Part shown: positions 39,700 through 42,617 of the stretch, in pieces
Position numbering within the stretch: position 1 is the stretch's first letter
How the letters are laid out: each line of letters opens with the position of its first letter
From: Octopus sinensis
Taxonomy: Eukaryota
Reading direction: 5' to 3'
NCBI RefSeq assembly: GCF_006345805.1
Contig: NW_021835070.1
Span: forward strand, 1-42,617
Length of the DNA: 42,617 bases
Notes under the pieces: model-generated
Database searches by the model: none
The model's input: only the letters and a program-made list of their open reading frames with translations
What the model was told of the DNA's origin: nothing
Made by a program: the position numbers and the translations under genes

Positions 39700-40330
39700 T
39701 GTATAAGGTAAACAACATAAGCAAAAAATATACAATTCAAAGACCTGCTTTTAGAAACACTTCAAACAGCATGGGTCACTCTGAAAACAAAAGCAAAGCA
39801 CCTTTACCCAGCTGTCCTCTAGTCCACAGGTGCATACTCAAAGCAGACCTGTTCCCTCAGACCATACTCATCACTCACATCCATCTTTCAACAAATTTCC
39901 TGGAGGGGCAACACTTCTCTCTCAACACTCATTTTCTTTTTCAAGTGAAACTTGAAAATGTTGATGAGGACTTGGCAAAAAGGGGAAGGTGTTGGTCTTC
40001 AGCCATTTCAGTCAGACCACCTGATCATGGAACTAACATGTGATGGCACTTCCATGTCTGTGGAAATTATCTCAAAGCAGCAATGTGCTCACCTACGGGT
40101 GGCATTGTCAGACCAGGCATTTCTGAGAGTTATTCATGGAACTTGTCCTGAAAGTCCTCCAGAAGAGATCTGCCAATTGATTTTCACTGATGCTCAGAAT
40201 TTTCTCAAGTACATTGTCCCTTTTGGCCTCTGCTAATCCTTTATAGAATGCCAATATAGAACTTCCATCTACAGGCTTGGTTCAGTGGTCAAAGAGATGA
40301 GCTGGGCTAAAATGTATCTGACAAAAAGTA
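39700..40330 (-). mobile_element. Possible highly decayed LINE 3' region (L1/Tx1-like)
   Basis: GC-richer tract; minus-strand fragments such as QCHP...HRHGSAI near 40040-40110 loosely recall post-RT zinc-finger regions. No intact ORF. Confidence 0.25.
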
Positions 40331-42429
40331 TTACACCTTTTTGCTTTTAATTAAGGAATTGCAGGAGATATTACAACCTCAGTGCATGCTTGGACAATGG
40401 ATAAAGGAAAAATTACAAAGGAGTAACAGAATAAAGGGGCCCCATAAGGAATATCACAAAATCTATTGCAGAAAAAAATGGCATTGAAAACAACAGTACA
40501 CAAAAGGAATGAAATGAGACACATCAATAAGGGGTGCACAGCTACCTAGGGCCAATTACCTAACATTATAGACCGAGAATTACCTTAAATAGAAAGAGTT
40601 AGTACTTACTCCATGCTGGTCTCTCTAGCATAAAAGCACATGCTGAAAAGAGACCCTCTCTAACCTCTCAGCATTTTAAGAAGAAACACTAGATGTTTCT
40701 TAAACCATAAATTACAAAAGTATTAATAAGAGTGAGAAATCTCTTCTGACAAAAACATTGTCTAAATCATAGTGGGAAAATAGTCAAAATAGAAAGATAT
40801 CAGCCTGAAAATAAAAAACAGTACCAATGATAATTAAAATACTAGGTTTGTTTAAAATGGACAAAAATATACAAGTCACACCATGGCTTACAACATTACA
40901 CACAGTTCACAAGGTAACTTTGTGTAGCACTTTCTACATCCTACACAAATACTTTGAATCCTATAGCACAACTTATACAGTACACCAGCACATATACAAT
41001 ACAATAAGTACAAAATATAATAACACAGATTCATAGTCTATAGAATCAACACCAAATAACACAATGTAATACTAAACACCATCATTACTCAATGAAATTA
41101 AAGATACTCCTAAATAACTGAAAATCAACAATGCAATGTTGGAAAACTGTGGGCTCTTATTGACATAGAATTACTGATAGAGCAACTTGTACAACTAATA
41201 CTACAATAAAGGTCTATGGCACTCAAAAATAGATAGTTGAAGATAAAGATTCTGAAATAACCAAAAGTAAATATTTTGCCAAACAAAACAATGAGGGAAA
41301 GTTCATAAAACAATGAAAAACTATTTCATTCTTCCCTTAAATTTAGTTTCTACCAGAATGAATATGTACATGTCAACAGAGCACTACTTGGCTGACATGT
41401 TGTACAAATATTTGATGTTTACTCTCAGGTTTGTGGAAAAATCATTGAAGCTGAAGCACTCTGCAGGACTGAAGACACGTGTTCCCATTCTTACAGCAAC
41501 AGATTGGAACTATCTTCATGCTTCCAGGAACACTTTATGTACATACTATATATGCTATATCAAAACAGGAGATTAAGAAGAAAAAAAATGTTGGTTTCCA
41601 ATATTCTGTTTTGATATGTAATTACTCAGTGAAAAATATTTCCCAGTATTTTCAACTCTTATGCATATCTCACACAAATATAGCATCCAGATATAACTTT
41701 GAAATACTGAAATAAGCAAATGTGTTTCAAGAGGACACACTTTGGATTATAACTCTCTCTCCTCATACCATACCTGGTACATACAATTGTATAACACCAA
41801 CAACTCACTCTATACAACTGAAACTTATTACTGCCATACAAACAACTAGCACACAGACACACATACACACACTACACAACAAAAAACACAATCACCACTC
41901 AACAAAATAATACAATTCACGCAGCACATATTCTACACAACAGAAAAGCACAATCATTGGTCCACATCCTTAAAGGACAATGCTGCACACACCTTGGGAA
42001 TACTGGAGGTATCCTTGGTGACAAGACAATGTCACTAGCACTGATGCCATGATAAAATGCACCCAGAATATTGGTTGGCAAAATAGAAAGGACATTCAAT
42101 CTTATAAAACATGCCAGAAATGGAATGCATGAGTGAGACAAGAGGAATGGTCCCTGATCTGAAACAGGATTTGACTAAGTCTGTGACAAGCCATCCAAAC
42201 CATGCTAGCAATGGGAGGCTGACAAAAATGAAGATGATATAAGTATGTGTGTGTGTGTTTATATGGGTATGTGTTTGTTTATGTCTACCAATATGTTTAC
42301 CCTGGTCTAAAATCTAGTGGTGTTTATGTTGTGACTCTATGTCCAGTGAGATAAAGGTTTGATAGAAATGATGGCTGAAACTAACATAAGAATACAAAAT
42401 AGCAACACTCTAATATCAGAGACAATATT

Positions 42430-42580
42430 CTTTTTTACTCTAAGCACAAGGCCCGAAATCTTGGGGAAGGGGGCCAGTTAATTAGATCATCCCCAGTACA
42501 CAACTGGTACTTAATTTATTGACCCCAAAAGGATGAGAGGCAAAGTTGACCTCAGCAGAATTTGAACTCAGAAGACAGAC
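42430..42580 (-). mobile_element. tRNA-derived SINE fragment
   Basis: gcacaaggcccgaaat...ccccagtacacaactggtactta...ggatgagaggcaaagttgacctc...tttgaactcag. Confidence 0.7.
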
Positions 42581-42617
42581 AAATATCAGAGACAATAAAA
42601 AAAAGAGAAAAGGATTG

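Noticed and set aside
1-42617. CRISPR array or other prokaryotic system
   Set aside because: The sequence is intron-containing animal DNA; its repeats are gene duplicates, SINEs, LINEs and microsatellites.

Overview
AT-rich animal genomic DNA, most likely a coleoid cephalopod such as Octopus (inferred from gene architecture and repeat families). It holds five head-to-tail protocadherin genes on the minus strand, numbered 1-5 from left to right, plus the promoter and leader of a sixth gene lying off the left edge. Each unit has four parts: a conserved promoter with an almost non-coding leader exon; one large exon of about 2.4 kb (signal peptide, EC1-EC6, TM, juxtamembrane region); a 145-nt exon; and a terminal exon with 80 coding nt. 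The predicted proteins are 873-874 aa. Every gene carries its own near-identical cytoplasmic exons, so there are no shared constant exons. Genes 1 and 2 have 1-bp deletions in base runs, probably assembly errors. The most notable observations are: (1) diversity is concentrated in EC2-EC3 while the rest is homogenised; (2) a reciprocal charge swap between the EC1 FG loop and the EC4 AB loop; (3) loss of the EC3-side Ca2+ ligands of the EC3-EC4 linker; (4) a splice-created 15-codon uORF whose stop overlaps the Pcdh start (ATGA), with frame and length kept in the most divergent paralog. The remaining sequence is RTE and Dong/R4-like LINE remnants, tRNA-derived SINEs, a probable DNA transposon relic and microsatellites.
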